From contig DCEF01000010.1 in NCBI GenBank assembly GCA_002316805.1, positions 137,687 to 201,686 on the forward strand: a stretch of 64,000 bases of DNA, in the 5' to 3' direction. The translations under genes were made by a program, and so were the position numbers. This stretch comes from Ruminococcaceae bacterium UBA1036. GTDB taxonomy: Bacteria; Bacillota; Clostridia; Oscillospirales; Acutalibacteraceae. Below are positions 48,591-58,424 of this stretch, one piece after another. Below the pieces are notes generated by a model. That model was given only the letters and a program-made list of their open reading frames with translations. It had not been told where the DNA came from and did not search any database. Numbering within the stretch: position 1 is the first letter of the stretch; every line of letters starts with the position of its first letter.

Positions 48591-49874
48591 TTAAAGCAGC
48601 TTTTTAACTTTAAAAGTGCTGTTAAGGACCGCCCAGTTCTGCGGGAAAAATGTATTTACAGTCCAGTAACTTACACCCGCAAGGCCATACCTGTGTGCAA
48701 GCTCAAGCTTTGCGCGTATACTGCGCGCGTCTTCAAACCAAACTTTATGCTGTTTCCCGTCCTGTGAATAGTAATTGAAATGCGGCGACTGCGCCTCTTC
48801 GTCAAACATAATGCGCGCGCCGACTTTTTTTGCAAGCTCAACGGCGCCGTTATTTGAAAGGGAACGCGCTGCAGTGCCGCGCACAAATGGCAAGGTCCAG
48901 TCATATCCGTAATTGGGGATGCCCATAAGGATTTTCTGTGGTGGGATAGCTGTAACCGCATATTTTAAGACCTGCTCTACAAGGTTCAGAGGCGCAACCG
49001 GCCTTGCCGGCCCATACGTATAACCCCACTCATATGTCATGAGTATTACTCTGTCCGCAAGGCTGCCATGCGCTTTATAATCATGCGCCTGATACAGCAG
49101 GCCAGGCTGCTCGGCGGAAATTTTCGGCGCCAGCGAAGTAAAAACTTTATATCCAAGCGGGTGGAGTTCCTCTACTGCCCTTTTGAGAAATGCATTATAG
49201 TTTTCCCTGTCTTGAGGGTAAATATATTCAAAGTCGATGTTAAGGCCGTAATATTTGTCTTTTCCGCCCAATGCACCTGCAATATTATCGAGAAGTATAT
49301 TTCCAACTTCCGGATCAGAAAGGACGGCGTGGGCAATTTCACCGCTGAAACCCCCTTCAGGCCGAATGTTTGTCACTGACATTATCGGTGCCACGTTCTG
49401 CCTGCGGGCGGCAGCCACGATCCCTGTGTCGTCAACAGATGTGAGGCTTCCATCGGGACGAACCTCATAGCTGAAAACGCTAAGGTAAGTTAATCCCGGA
49501 AGCGTCCTTTTCAATGTCGAGTCTCCTATTGTAGGGAGGGCATAGCCATTTACCTCAGCTTCACCGAGCATCTCAAGCGTCACAGGAATTGTCAACACCT
49601 GCCCTGCCCTGATAAAATTCGCGTCAGGAATCTGCGGATTGGCCATCTGTATGGCTTCTGCAGTTGTTTCATACATTTTCGCAATTTTCGACAGGCTTTC
49701 TCCGGCTTCCACAGTGTGTGAAACACTCTCTACCGGAATCACAAGTGCCTGCCCGACAACGAGGCTGCCGTCACTGTCAAGCGCGTTGCTGCTGATAATA
49801 TCGCCTGCAGATACGCCGTAACGTTTCGAGATACTGTAAACACTGTCACCTGGACGAACCGTATAAATAACCAA
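48591..49874 (-). CDS. LysM x2-GH18 spore cortex hydrolase (YaaH/SleL/YdhD-like)
   Basis: Two LysM repeats, GLNIDFE, LMTYEWG, YGYDW, VWFEDARS. Confidence 0.92.
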   Translation of the reverse strand: MVIYTVRPGDSVYSISKRYGVSAGDIISSNALDSDGSLVVGQALVIPVESVSHTVEAGESLSKIAKMYETTAEAIQMANPQIPDANFIRAGQVLTIPVTLEMLGEAEVNGYALPTIGDSTLKRTLPGLTYLSVFSYEVRPDGSLTSVDDTGIVAAARRQNVAPIMSVTNIRPEGGFSGEIAHAVLSDPEVGNILLDNIAGALGGKDKYYGLNIDFEYIYPQDRENYNAFLKRAVEELHPLGYKVFTSLAPKISAEQPGLLYQAHDYKAHGSLADRVILMTYEWGYTYGPARPVAPLNLVEQVLKYAVTAIPPQKILMGIPNYGYDWTLPFVRGTAARSLSNNGAVELAKKVGARIMFDEEAQSPHFNYYSQDGKQHKVWFEDARSIRAKLELAHRYGLAGVSYWTVNTFFPQNWAVLNSTFKVKKLL

Positions 49875-50056
49875 AATCGATGTACCCCCTTTGTGGCTTC
49901 TTTTTATATGCCACTTAGCTCTATTCCAGTATATGCCATTAAAGCCAGCTTAATGGGGACATCATATATTTCTTTTTTACCGCGAATATCCGGCGGCATA
50001 ATGGGAACATTATCTATTGGACAGTACAGTTGTTTGCGTTTGCCTCTGTGCAGTCC

Positions 50057-50093
50057 CGCCGCAGGAATTTATTCGTTTCCTGCGGCGTTTTTT
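50057..50093. terminator. Hairpin at the 3' end of the topoisomerase A gene (T-tract on + strand)
   Basis: CGCCGCAGGAA-9 nt-TTCCTGCGGCG-TTTTTT. Confidence 0.6.
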
Positions 50094-52308
50094 ATAAAAA
50101 AGCCAGCTGTTCGCCCTGAGGGGGCATTGAGCCGGAAGATGGAACCTTCTTGCGGTAGCGGTCTGGCTTTTCAAGCATGCCTTCCTCATAGCGGCAAACT
50201 TTCACAAGGCGTGCATTGCGGCGAAGCGTCATAACAAGGCTGCCCTGTGCGCTGCGTGTAGATTTTGCCGCGACCGCACCTGAATGAACAAGCAGCATCC
50301 TTCCCTGCGATGAAGTCAGCATAAATTCACAGTCTTCCGTTATCTGGCAGCACCCGGCAAGCGGTGAATTTGCATTGTAGGCATTAATCAATTTTTTCCT
50401 GTTTGTCTTTGTTTTATAAGCGGAAAGTGTTATTTTTACGCCTTTTCCATTTTCAAAGAATAGCACTATACTCCCTGCATAGTCTGACGTTACCGCCATA
50501 TAGACCGGATTTTCTCCATCATCCATACCAAGTTTTGCCGGAATATATTCGCCGAGGACGCTGGCTTTAGAATCGTCGAAATCAGACACTTTAGCCTTAT
50601 AAACAGCACATTTGTCTGTAAAAAACAAGAGGCTGGCAGAGTTGCTGCTCTCAACATGCTGTATTACTTCGTCGCCGTCTTTCAGCTTCTGGTCACCGCT
50701 CATGCGCAGCGACTGAGGGGTGATTTTCTTGAAATAGCCATCTTTTGTAAAGAACAGGTGAACGGCGTAGTCAGGGACATCTTCCTGCTCTTCGTCAAGC
50801 TCATTTTCGTAAACGATGATTGAACGCCGTGGCTGGCCGTATTTTTTTGCAACCTCACTCAGCTCTGACAGGATAATTTTCCGTATTTCATCGTCACTGC
50901 CAAGGATTTTCTGCAGTCTGCCTATCTTTTCCTCAACTTCGCCTGTTTCTGCCGTGCGCTTCATTATATATTCACGGTTAAGATGGCGGAGCTTGATTTC
51001 CGCTACATATTCCGCCTGTTTCTCGTCGATGCCAAACCCTATCATCAGATTTGGGACAACATCGGCTTCTTCTTCGGTTTTGCGGATAATAGCGATTGCC
51101 TTGTCTATATCAAGCAAAATTGCCTGCAGACCTTTGAGCATGTGCAGCCTTTCCTGCAGGTTCTTAAGGTCGAAAGCCGTCCTCCGGCGAACACACGATA
51201 TACGGAACTTTGTCCATTCGTCAAGTATTTCGCGTATGCCCATCACACGCGGGGCACCGTTTACAAGCACATTAAAGTTGCACGAAAAGCTGTCTTCAAG
51301 AGGTGTCATGCGGAACAGTTTTTTCATCAGGCGGTCTGGGTCTGCGCCGCGCTTTAAATCTATGGTTATTTTCAGCCCTGCAAGGCCTGTTTCGTCACGT
51401 ATATCCGAAATCTCCCGTATTTTGCTTTGCTTTACAAGCTCCACTGTTTTCTCAATAATTGCCTCAACAGTGGTTGTCGGAGGGATTTGCGTTATATCTA
51501 TGCAGTTCGCGTCCTTGTCATACGAGTAACGCGCGCGCACCTTAACAGGTCCCTTGCCTGTGCGATATATTTTTTCAAGCGCCTGCCGGTCGTAGATTAT
51601 CTCACCGCCACCAGGAAAATCAGGTGCAGGCAAGGTTGAAAATATGTCGTGCTCATGATTGCGGATACATGCCACAGCCGTCCTGCAGACTTCCGCAAGG
51701 TTAAAAGAGCAGATAGAGCTCGCCATGCCCACAGCTATGCCAGTATTGGCGTTTACAAGGACAGACGGAAAAGTTACCGGGAAAAGCGCAGGTTCTTTTG
51801 TGGTGTTGTCATAATTATCCACAAAATCAACTGTATCTTTTTCTATGTCCCGGAAGAGCTCCTGGCATAACGGGTCAAGTTTTGCTTCAGTATAGCGTGA
51901 TGCGGCGCATGCCATATCTCGTGAATAGAATTTGCCAAAATTTCCTTTTGAATCCACATACGGATGCAGAAGCGCCTCATATCCGCGGCTCAAACGCACC
52001 ATCGTATCATAAATGGCGGCCTCGCCGTGTGGGTTGAGTTTCATTGTCTGGCCTACTATATTTGAGCTTTTTGTCCTTGTAAGTCCAAGAAGCCCCATTT
52101 TATACATTGTATATAAAAGCTTCCGATGCGACGGCTTAAAGCCGTCAATCTCAGGGATCGCGCGCGACAGGATAACGCTTACAGCATAAGGCATATAATT
52201 TTTTTCAAGCGTGTCCGTGATCTGCTGCTGCACAACTTTTCCTGCGCCCTCAATAACTCCATGCACTTTCGGGCGGCTTACATGCCTCTCCGAACGCGAT
52301 TTTTTCAT
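50092..52308 (-). CDS. Type IIA topoisomerase subunit A (divergent GyrA/ParC-like)
   Basis: SRAIPEIDGFKP, PHGEAAIY, SRYTE (catalytic Tyr), GIAVGMA, PDFPGG; no GyrA box seen. Confidence 0.9.
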   Translation of the reverse strand: MKKSRSERHVSRPKVHGVIEGAGKVVQQQITDTLEKNYMPYAVSVILSRAIPEIDGFKPSHRKLLYTMYKMGLLGLTRTKSSNIVGQTMKLNPHGEAAIYDTMVRLSRGYEALLHPYVDSKGNFGKFYSRDMACAASRYTEAKLDPLCQELFRDIEKDTVDFVDNYDNTTKEPALFPVTFPSVLVNANTGIAVGMASSICSFNLAEVCRTAVACIRNHEHDIFSTLPAPDFPGGGEIIYDRQALEKIYRTGKGPVKVRARYSYDKDANCIDITQIPPTTTVEAIIEKTVELVKQSKIREISDIRDETGLAGLKITIDLKRGADPDRLMKKLFRMTPLEDSFSCNFNVLVNGAPRVMGIREILDEWTKFRISCVRRRTAFDLKNLQERLHMLKGLQAILLDIDKAIAIIRKTEEEADVVPNLMIGFGIDEKQAEYVAEIKLRHLNREYIMKRTAETGEVEEKIGRLQKILGSDDEIRKIILSELSEVAKKYGQPRRSIIVYENELDEEQEDVPDYAVHLFFTKDGYFKKITPQSLRMSGDQKLKDGDEVIQHVESSNSASLLFFTDKCAVYKAKVSDFDDSKASVLGEYIPAKLGMDDGENPVYMAVTSDYAGSIVLFFENGKGVKITLSAYKTKTNRKKLINAYNANSPLAGCCQITEDCEFMLTSSQGRMLLVHSGAVAAKSTRSAQGSLVMTLRRNARLVKVCRYEEGMLEKPDRYRKKVPSSGSMPPQGEQLAFL

Positions 52309-52350
52309 ATTTTTTCAGCCCCTAAACTTTGAAAATCTCTCAGACGTTGC

Positions 52351-54333
52351 TCAACTCAAATCCGCCAGTTCAATGTACCTATACCCGTTTTCGGCTATAT
52401 AGCCCTTTCTGCCGTTCAGGTTATTGCCAAGCAGAAGGTCAAACATTCTGCTTGTCTGTTCTACATCAGCAGGCATAACCTGAATAAGGCGGCGGGTTGC
52501 GGGGTTCATCGTAGTGAGGTTCATCATGTCAGGCTCATTTTCGCCGAGACCTTTGGAACGCTGAATTGTAAATTTTCTTCCTTCGAGTTTTTTCAGGAAC
52601 ATATCCTTCTCTTTTTCAGTGTACGCAAAATAAGTCTCATCTTTTGTCTGTATCTCGAAAAGTGGCGACTCAGCAATGAACACCTTCCCCTGCTCAATTA
52701 ATGTCGGTGTGAGCCTGTAAAGCATCGTAAGCAGAAGCGTGCGTATCTGATACCCATCGACGTCTGCATCTGTGCACAATATAATCTTGTTCCAGCGCAG
52801 GGATTCCATGTTGAACGATGAAAGGTCTTTATTTGCCTTTGCTTTAACCTGCACACCACATCCGAGGACCTTTATAAGGTCTGTGATGATGTCGCTTTTA
52901 AAAATCTTATCATAGTCTGCTTTAAGGCAGTTAAGGATTTTACCGCGTATTGGCATGATTGCCTGAAAGTTAGGGTCGCGCGCCTGTTTGCATGCGCCAA
53001 GTGCAGAGTCGCCCTCCACTATGAAAATTTCCCTTTCTTTTACATCTTTGCTCCGGCAGTCAACGAATTTGGCTACGCGGCTTGTCATATCCATATTTCC
53101 TGAAAGTTTTTTCTTTATTGTCTGCCTTGTCCGCTCCGCGTCTTCACGGCTGCGTTTATTTACAAGCACCTGCATGGAAATTTTTTCAGCGTCAAGCGGA
53201 TTTTCGATAAAATAGATTTCAAGCTGATGGCGGAGTACATCCGTCATCGCCTCCTGAATTCCTTTATTTGTAATTGCCTTTTTAGTCTGGTTTTCATAGG
53301 AAGTGCGGTTAGAAAAAGAAGATATAATCAGTATCAGACAGTCCTGCACATCATTAAAAGTGATTTTGCTTTCTTTTTTATTGTATTTTCCGTTTTGCTT
53401 AAGGTAGGAATCTATCTGGTAAACAAAAGCGTTGCGGGCTGCCTTGTCTGGCGCGCCCCCATGCTCAAGCCAGCTTGAATTATGGTAATACTCAATTGAC
53501 GGGTTCTTGTTTGAAAAAGCTACAGCAATATTCATTTTAACGTTATATTCCGGCTTGTCACTGCGGTCGCGCACGCGGCGCTGCGCCTGCCAATACTGCA
53601 CTGGAGTTAAAAAATCACTCCCTGCAATCTCTTTGGCATGGTCAACGATGCCATTTTGGTAAAGAAATTTTTGCTCCGCAAAGCTTCCATCCTCCTTACG
53701 GCTGCGGAAGATAAAGCTGATTCCGTCATTTACTATCGCCTGCCGTTTAAGTGTGTCGCAGTAATATTCATCCGGAACATGTATATCGGTAAATACCGAA
53801 ATATCAGGCTTCCAACGTATCTTTGTGCCCGTGTCTGTCCCAGAATATTTCTTTTTTTTAAGCCCGCCGATATTCTTCCCATGCTCAAAATGAAGTGTAT
53901 AACACATACCGTCACGGTGAATCTCAGTATCCATATATTCCGATGCATACTGCGTCGAGCAAAGCCCCAGGCCATTCAGCCCAAGTGAGTACTCATAGCT
54001 TTCATTTTCATCGTTGTTATATTTTCCACCGGCATAAAGCTCGCAGAAAACGAGCTCCCAGTTCCAACGCTGTTCTGAATGGTTATATTCTACAGGAATC
54101 CCACGGCCGCTGTCATTCACCTCAACAGAATCATCACTGTACTTTGTAACAACGATTTGCTTTCCAAATCCTTCACGCGCTTCATCAATCGAATTTGATA
54201 TTATTTCAAGGATTGAATGCTCGCATCCTTCAAGGCCGTCTGAGCCAAAAATAACAGCCGGCCTCTGCCTTACACGGTCAGCACCTTTCAGGCTTGAGAT
54301 ACTTTCATTACCATATTCTTTTTTTGATGTCAT
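52351..54333 (-). CDS. Type IIA topoisomerase subunit B (divergent GyrB/ParE-like)
   Basis: EIISNSIDE, DSGRGIP, AGGKY, GLNGLG, VEGDSA, PIRGKILN, TDADVDG, KGLGE. Confidence 0.92.
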   Translation of the reverse strand: MTSKKEYGNESISSLKGADRVRQRPAVIFGSDGLEGCEHSILEIISNSIDEAREGFGKQIVVTKYSDDSVEVNDSGRGIPVEYNHSEQRWNWELVFCELYAGGKYNNDENESYEYSLGLNGLGLCSTQYASEYMDTEIHRDGMCYTLHFEHGKNIGGLKKKKYSGTDTGTKIRWKPDISVFTDIHVPDEYYCDTLKRQAIVNDGISFIFRSRKEDGSFAEQKFLYQNGIVDHAKEIAGSDFLTPVQYWQAQRRVRDRSDKPEYNVKMNIAVAFSNKNPSIEYYHNSSWLEHGGAPDKAARNAFVYQIDSYLKQNGKYNKKESKITFNDVQDCLILIISSFSNRTSYENQTKKAITNKGIQEAMTDVLRHQLEIYFIENPLDAEKISMQVLVNKRSREDAERTRQTIKKKLSGNMDMTSRVAKFVDCRSKDVKEREIFIVEGDSALGACKQARDPNFQAIMPIRGKILNCLKADYDKIFKSDIITDLIKVLGCGVQVKAKANKDLSSFNMESLRWNKIILCTDADVDGYQIRTLLLTMLYRLTPTLIEQGKVFIAESPLFEIQTKDETYFAYTEKEKDMFLKKLEGRKFTIQRSKGLGENEPDMMNLTTMNPATRRLIQVMPADVEQTSRMFDLLLGNNLNGRKGYIAENGYRYIELADLS

Positions 54334-54526
54334 ACTGTTTCCTCCGCTGAGAACATATTGTGCCGCATGATTTTTAACTTTTCATAATGCATACAGAGCA
54401 TTATGATTAGCGGCAAAAAAAGTCTGCCGGGCAACAATTTTCCGAACGCCTTGTGCATCTGAAAATCGGTACCCAGCAGGGCACAGTGAAAAAAGAATGC
54501 CTATTCATTTCCTTTAAGGTTTTAAA

Positions 54527-56455
54527 TTATTGGGCAGGCTGCGGGTCTGGCTGCACCTGCGGCGGTGTTGGCTGCGGCGGTGTCCCTCCCGAACTGCCTG
54601 ATTCTGCCGGTATCTCGTCTTCCTTCATCAGGTTTGCAAACTCATCGCCATCCATCTTTTCATTTTCGAAAAGATATTTTGCAACGCGGTGTAGCTGCGG
54701 CATATGAGCCTTAAGGATTTCTTCAGCTTTATGGTAAGCCTGTGTCATCATACGTTTTATTTCGCGGTCTATCGCACATGATGTAGCTTCCGAATAATCA
54801 CGGATATGACCCATATCGCGCCCAAGGAACGGCTCGCTTTCGTCCCTACCATAAGTTATAGGCCCAAGCTCTTTGGACATGCCATATTTTGCAATCATGC
54901 TGTGTGCGAGTTTTGTCGCCCTCTCAATATCATTTGAAGCACCAGTTGAAATATCGTCAAGATTAAGTGACTCCGACACACGGCCACCAAGAAGCACCAC
55001 AAGTGTTTCTTCCATTTCGCGGCGGGTACGGTATGACCTGTCTTCTGTTGGTATCTGCATAGTATAACCGCCTGCCATGCCGCGCGGAATAATAGAAATC
55101 TGATGGACAGGATCCTGCATCGGGCAGTAATACGTCACGACCGCATGCCCCGCCTCATGGTAAGAAGTGAGCTTCTTTTCCTTTTCCGTCATCACATGGC
55201 TTTTCTTTTCAGTGCCCATCACGACTTTTACAGTTGCTTCCTCAATCTCAGCCATTGTAATAGCTTTGAGATTTTTCCTCGCTGCAAGCAGCGCCGATTC
55301 ATTGAGCAGATTTTCAAGGTCCGCACCTGTGAACCCTGCTGTTGATTTCGCTATTATACTGAGGTCAACATCAGGTGCAAGTGGTTTATTCCGCGAATGC
55401 ACCTTAAGGATAGCCTCCCTACCCTTTATATCAGGGTAACCTACCATAACCTGGCGGTCAAAGCGTCCTGGCCTCATAAGAGCCGGGTCGAGGATATCCG
55501 GGCGGTTTGTGGCGGCAATCATGATAACGCCCTCGTTGGCACCGAACCCATCCATCTCAACAAGAAGCTGGTTCAGCGTCTGTTCACGCTCATCATGCCC
55601 GCCGCCAAGGCCGGCTCCACGCTGACGCCCAACAGCATCAATTTCATCTATGAATACAATGCACGGTGCATTTTTCTTTGCCTGATCAAAAAGGTCACGC
55701 ACACGCGAAGCACCAACACCTACGAACATCTCGACAAAGTCAGAGCCTGAAATTGAGAAAAACGGCACGCCGGCTTCGCCAGCCACAGCCCGAGCAAGCA
55801 GTGTCTTACCTGTCCCCGGAGGGCCTACAAGCAACACACCTTTAGGAATTCGCGCACCGAGTTCATTGTATTTTCGCGGATTTTTTAAAAATTCGACAAT
55901 TTCGCGCAGTTCTTCTTTTTCTTCATCTTCACCGGCAACATCGGCAAACGTAGTTTTGCGTTTCTCATCTGCCATCTGCTTTATTTTCGCCTTGCCGAAG
56001 CTCATCTGCTTCCCGGTATCCCCAAGTGTTGTATTCATGTGCTTCATCATGAGCCACCAGAAAACGCCGAACAAAACAAACGTCAACAAAACAGGCAGAA
56101 ACCCGGAAGTAAACCACGAAGAGTCCGCCGGGCGGTTCCAATTATAAGACATACGCGTATTGGGGTGCGCTTTATTGTATTGCTGCACATAAGGCCGTAT
56201 GTCTTCAATCATCTGACCGGCGTTAGGAGCAACATAAGAAATCTGCTTGCCGTCGTTCAGCGTGATTGACATATCGCCGCTTCCAAGGTCCAGTGTATAC
56301 TGTGAAACTTTCTGATCCTGAAAATAGTAAACTATTTCAGAATACTTATGGGTCACTTCTGCCGGCTTGGAAAAAACCGTTACCAGAAGGATCATCAAAA
56401 GCACCGGAATGCCGATGAAAAGTGCGATATTTTTTAATGCTTTTTTGTTATCCAA
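54527..56455 (-). CDS. ftsH: ATP-dependent zinc metalloprotease FtsH
   Basis: Two TM helices, [25 protein letters not shown]. Confidence 0.97.
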   Translation of the reverse strand: MDNKKALKNIALFIGIPVLLMILLVTVFSKPAEVTHKYSEIVYYFQDQKVSQYTLDLGSGDMSITLNDGKQISYVAPNAGQMIEDIRPYVQQYNKAHPNTRMSYNWNRPADSSWFTSGFLPVLLTFVLFGVFWWLMMKHMNTTLGDTGKQMSFGKAKIKQMADEKRKTTFADVAGEDEEKEELREIVEFLKNPRKYNELGARIPKGVLLVGPPGTGKTLLARAVAGEAGVPFFSISGSDFVEMFVGVGASRVRDLFDQAKKNAPCIVFIDEIDAVGRQRGAGLGGGHDEREQTLNQLLVEMDGFGANEGVIMIAATNRPDILDPALMRPGRFDRQVMVGYPDIKGREAILKVHSRNKPLAPDVDLSIIAKSTAGFTGADLENLLNESALLAARKNLKAITMAEIEEATVKVVMGTEKKSHVMTEKEKKLTSYHEAGHAVVTYYCPMQDPVHQISIIPRGMAGGYTMQIPTEDRSYRTRREMEETLVVLLGGRVSESLNLDDISTGASNDIERATKLAHSMIAKYGMSKELGPITYGRDESEPFLGRDMGHIRDYSEATSCAIDREIKRMMTQAYHKAEEILKAHMPQLHRVAKYLFENEKMDGDEFANLMKEDEIPAESGSSGGTPPQPTPPQVQPDPQPAQ

Positions 56456-56462
56456 AAGCGAT

Positions 56463-57038
56463 TCACTCCTTATTTGTCCCGCCTACACCGGCATTGCTGT
56501 AAATCTCCGGTTTCAGGACTCCTACAAACGGCAGATTGCGGTATTTTTCCGCATAATCAAGGCCATATCCAACAATAAATTTATCCGGCACAACCGAACC
56601 CACATAGTCTGCTTCTACTTTTACAGTGCGGCGGTCCGGCTTGTCGAAAAGAGTGCAAAGGCGGAGACTTTTAGGCGAACGAGCCTTCAGCAGTTTCCAG
56701 ATATAGCTTAAGGTAAGGCCACTGTCGAGTATATCCTCAACTACAAGGACGTCCCAGTTTTTAAGGTCAAGGTCAAGATCCTTGATGATTTTTACAACGC
56801 CTGAAGTTTTAACACCGGAACCATAGCTGGAAACCGCCATGAAATCTATGCTACAGGGAATTGAAATAGCCCTCATTAAATCGGTCATAAAAACAACCGA
56901 GCCTTTAAGGATACTTACCATCAGAAGATTTTTCCCTTCGTACTCTTTGCTAATGCGTGCACCCATGCTATGCACAATCTCTGCCAGTTTTTCCTTGCTG
57001 AAAAGGATTTCCTCAATATCATCTTCCATGCTATGCAC
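56463..57038 (-). CDS. hpt: Hypoxanthine phosphoribosyltransferase
   Basis: [33 protein letters not shown]. Confidence 0.96.
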   Translation of the reverse strand: MHSMEDDIEEILFSKEKLAEIVHSMGARISKEYEGKNLLMVSILKGSVVFMTDLMRAISIPCSIDFMAVSSYGSGVKTSGVVKIIKDLDLDLKNWDVLVVEDILDSGLTLSYIWKLLKARSPKSLRLCTLFDKPDRRTVKVEADYVGSVVPDKFIVGYGLDYAEKYRNLPFVGVLKPEIYSNAGVGGTNKE

Positions 57039-57041
57039 TGT

Positions 57042-58424
57042 CTACCTGCACTCCTTAATTATTATTTCTGCAATGTTTTTCGTATTCTCTGATACACAGG
57101 CTTCCTGTGAAACGCCGAAACCCTCTACCCATACGATTTTATCACCGCATTGAAAGACTGCCCTGTGGCACCGCTCCATTACAGGAACCTTTGCTTCGTT
57201 GAAAAGTTTTTTCAGCGTTTTTTTTACACCTCGGCGGGCAGGACGATATGCGTCTCCGGGCCGTCTGCTCCTTACGAGCTTATTCATACTAAGTATTGTA
57301 TCATAGTTGATAAGATTATTAAACAATAATTTATTAATTTTCTGATGCTTTTCCATGGCCTCAGCGGAAACCTTATGCAGCTCAAAGCTTCTTCCATCAG
57401 GCAAAACCGCCCCATTCAGTGAAAATGGCACACTCCATTCGGCGCAATCATCATACTGCTGAATTCCCACAAAAAAAGTATTTCCTGAAACTGCACACTG
57501 TATCCTACCTGGGCATGTTACAGAACCAGCGCCCGAATTTATAATACGTTCCACTGCGGCAATATGGTTGAAATCAGACCGCGATTTTTTCATCTTGCCG
57601 AAAATAATGGAAATTGCGTGCAGCAAAACCGCATGCGGCATTTGCTGAAGCTCATCGAGCCGATAGCCGCCGCCTTTCAGCAAGGCTTTCCGCAGGCCCT
57701 CCAATGCAAGGCTGTCAAGATATTCCTCATCGCTGCGCAGAATATATGAGGCACGTGCTGCTGAATTTTCAAACTCCGGATTGATTTCACGCAGCACTGG
57801 CATAACATGTAGCCGGATTTTATTGCGCGCGAAGCTGTCGTCAAAATTAGTGCGGTCTGTCACATACTGCAAACCGTAAAATTTGCAATATTCCTCCACT
57901 TCCCCACGCGTGATGCCTATTATTGGCCTTATAATATTGCCGCGCACCGGTGGTATGCCGCAAAGCCCTTTTGCGCCGGCGCCTTTCGCAAAATTCATGA
58001 GCGATGTTTCGGCGCTGTCAGAAAGAGTATGCGCTGTCGCAATGCGGCCGTTTTCCCCGCATAGGCTGCGAAAAAAAGAGTAACGGACATTCCGCCCACA
58101 TTCTTCAATACCCTGGGAATTCTGCCGTGCAATGCTGCGCACATCAGCATTGAGCACATGAATAGGTATGCTGTAATTTTCGCAGAAGCTCCTTACGAAC
58201 TGTTCGTCTGAGTCGGCATCTTTGCCCCTAAGGCCATGGTTAACATGTGCAGCTGTAAGTTTTATGCCATACTCAGAAGCATGGCGGAAAAGAAAATGTG
58301 TCATTGTGACTGAGTCAGCACCACCTGAAAGGCCGGCCACAACAGTGCAGCCTCGCGGAAGCATACCCCATTCATGAATTGTACTGCTGATTTTTCTCTC
58401 AATGGTCTCAACGCCTTTATTCAC
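57042..58424 (-). CDS. tilS: tRNA(Ile)-lysidine synthetase
   Basis: SGGADS PP-loop, HVNHGLR, TAHT.SD..ET, RNKIR; GTG start overlapping the end of dnaB, with GGAGG SD. Confidence 0.93.
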   Translation of the reverse strand: MNKGVETIERKISSTIHEWGMLPRGCTVVAGLSGGADSVTMTHFLFRHASEYGIKLTAAHVNHGLRGKDADSDEQFVRSFCENYSIPIHVLNADVRSIARQNSQGIEECGRNVRYSFFRSLCGENGRIATAHTLSDSAETSLMNFAKGAGAKGLCGIPPVRGNIIRPIIGITRGEVEEYCKFYGLQYVTDRTNFDDSFARNKIRLHVMPVLREINPEFENSAARASYILRSDEEYLDSLALEGLRKALLKGGGYRLDELQQMPHAVLLHAISIIFGKMKKSRSDFNHIAAVERIINSGAGSVTCPGRIQCAVSGNTFFVGIQQYDDCAEWSVPFSLNGAVLPDGRSFELHKVSAEAMEKHQKINKLLFNNLINYDTILSMNKLVRSRRPGDAYRPARRGVKKTLKKLFNEAKVPVMERCHRAVFQCGDKIVWVEGFGVSQEACVSENTKNIAEIIIKECR

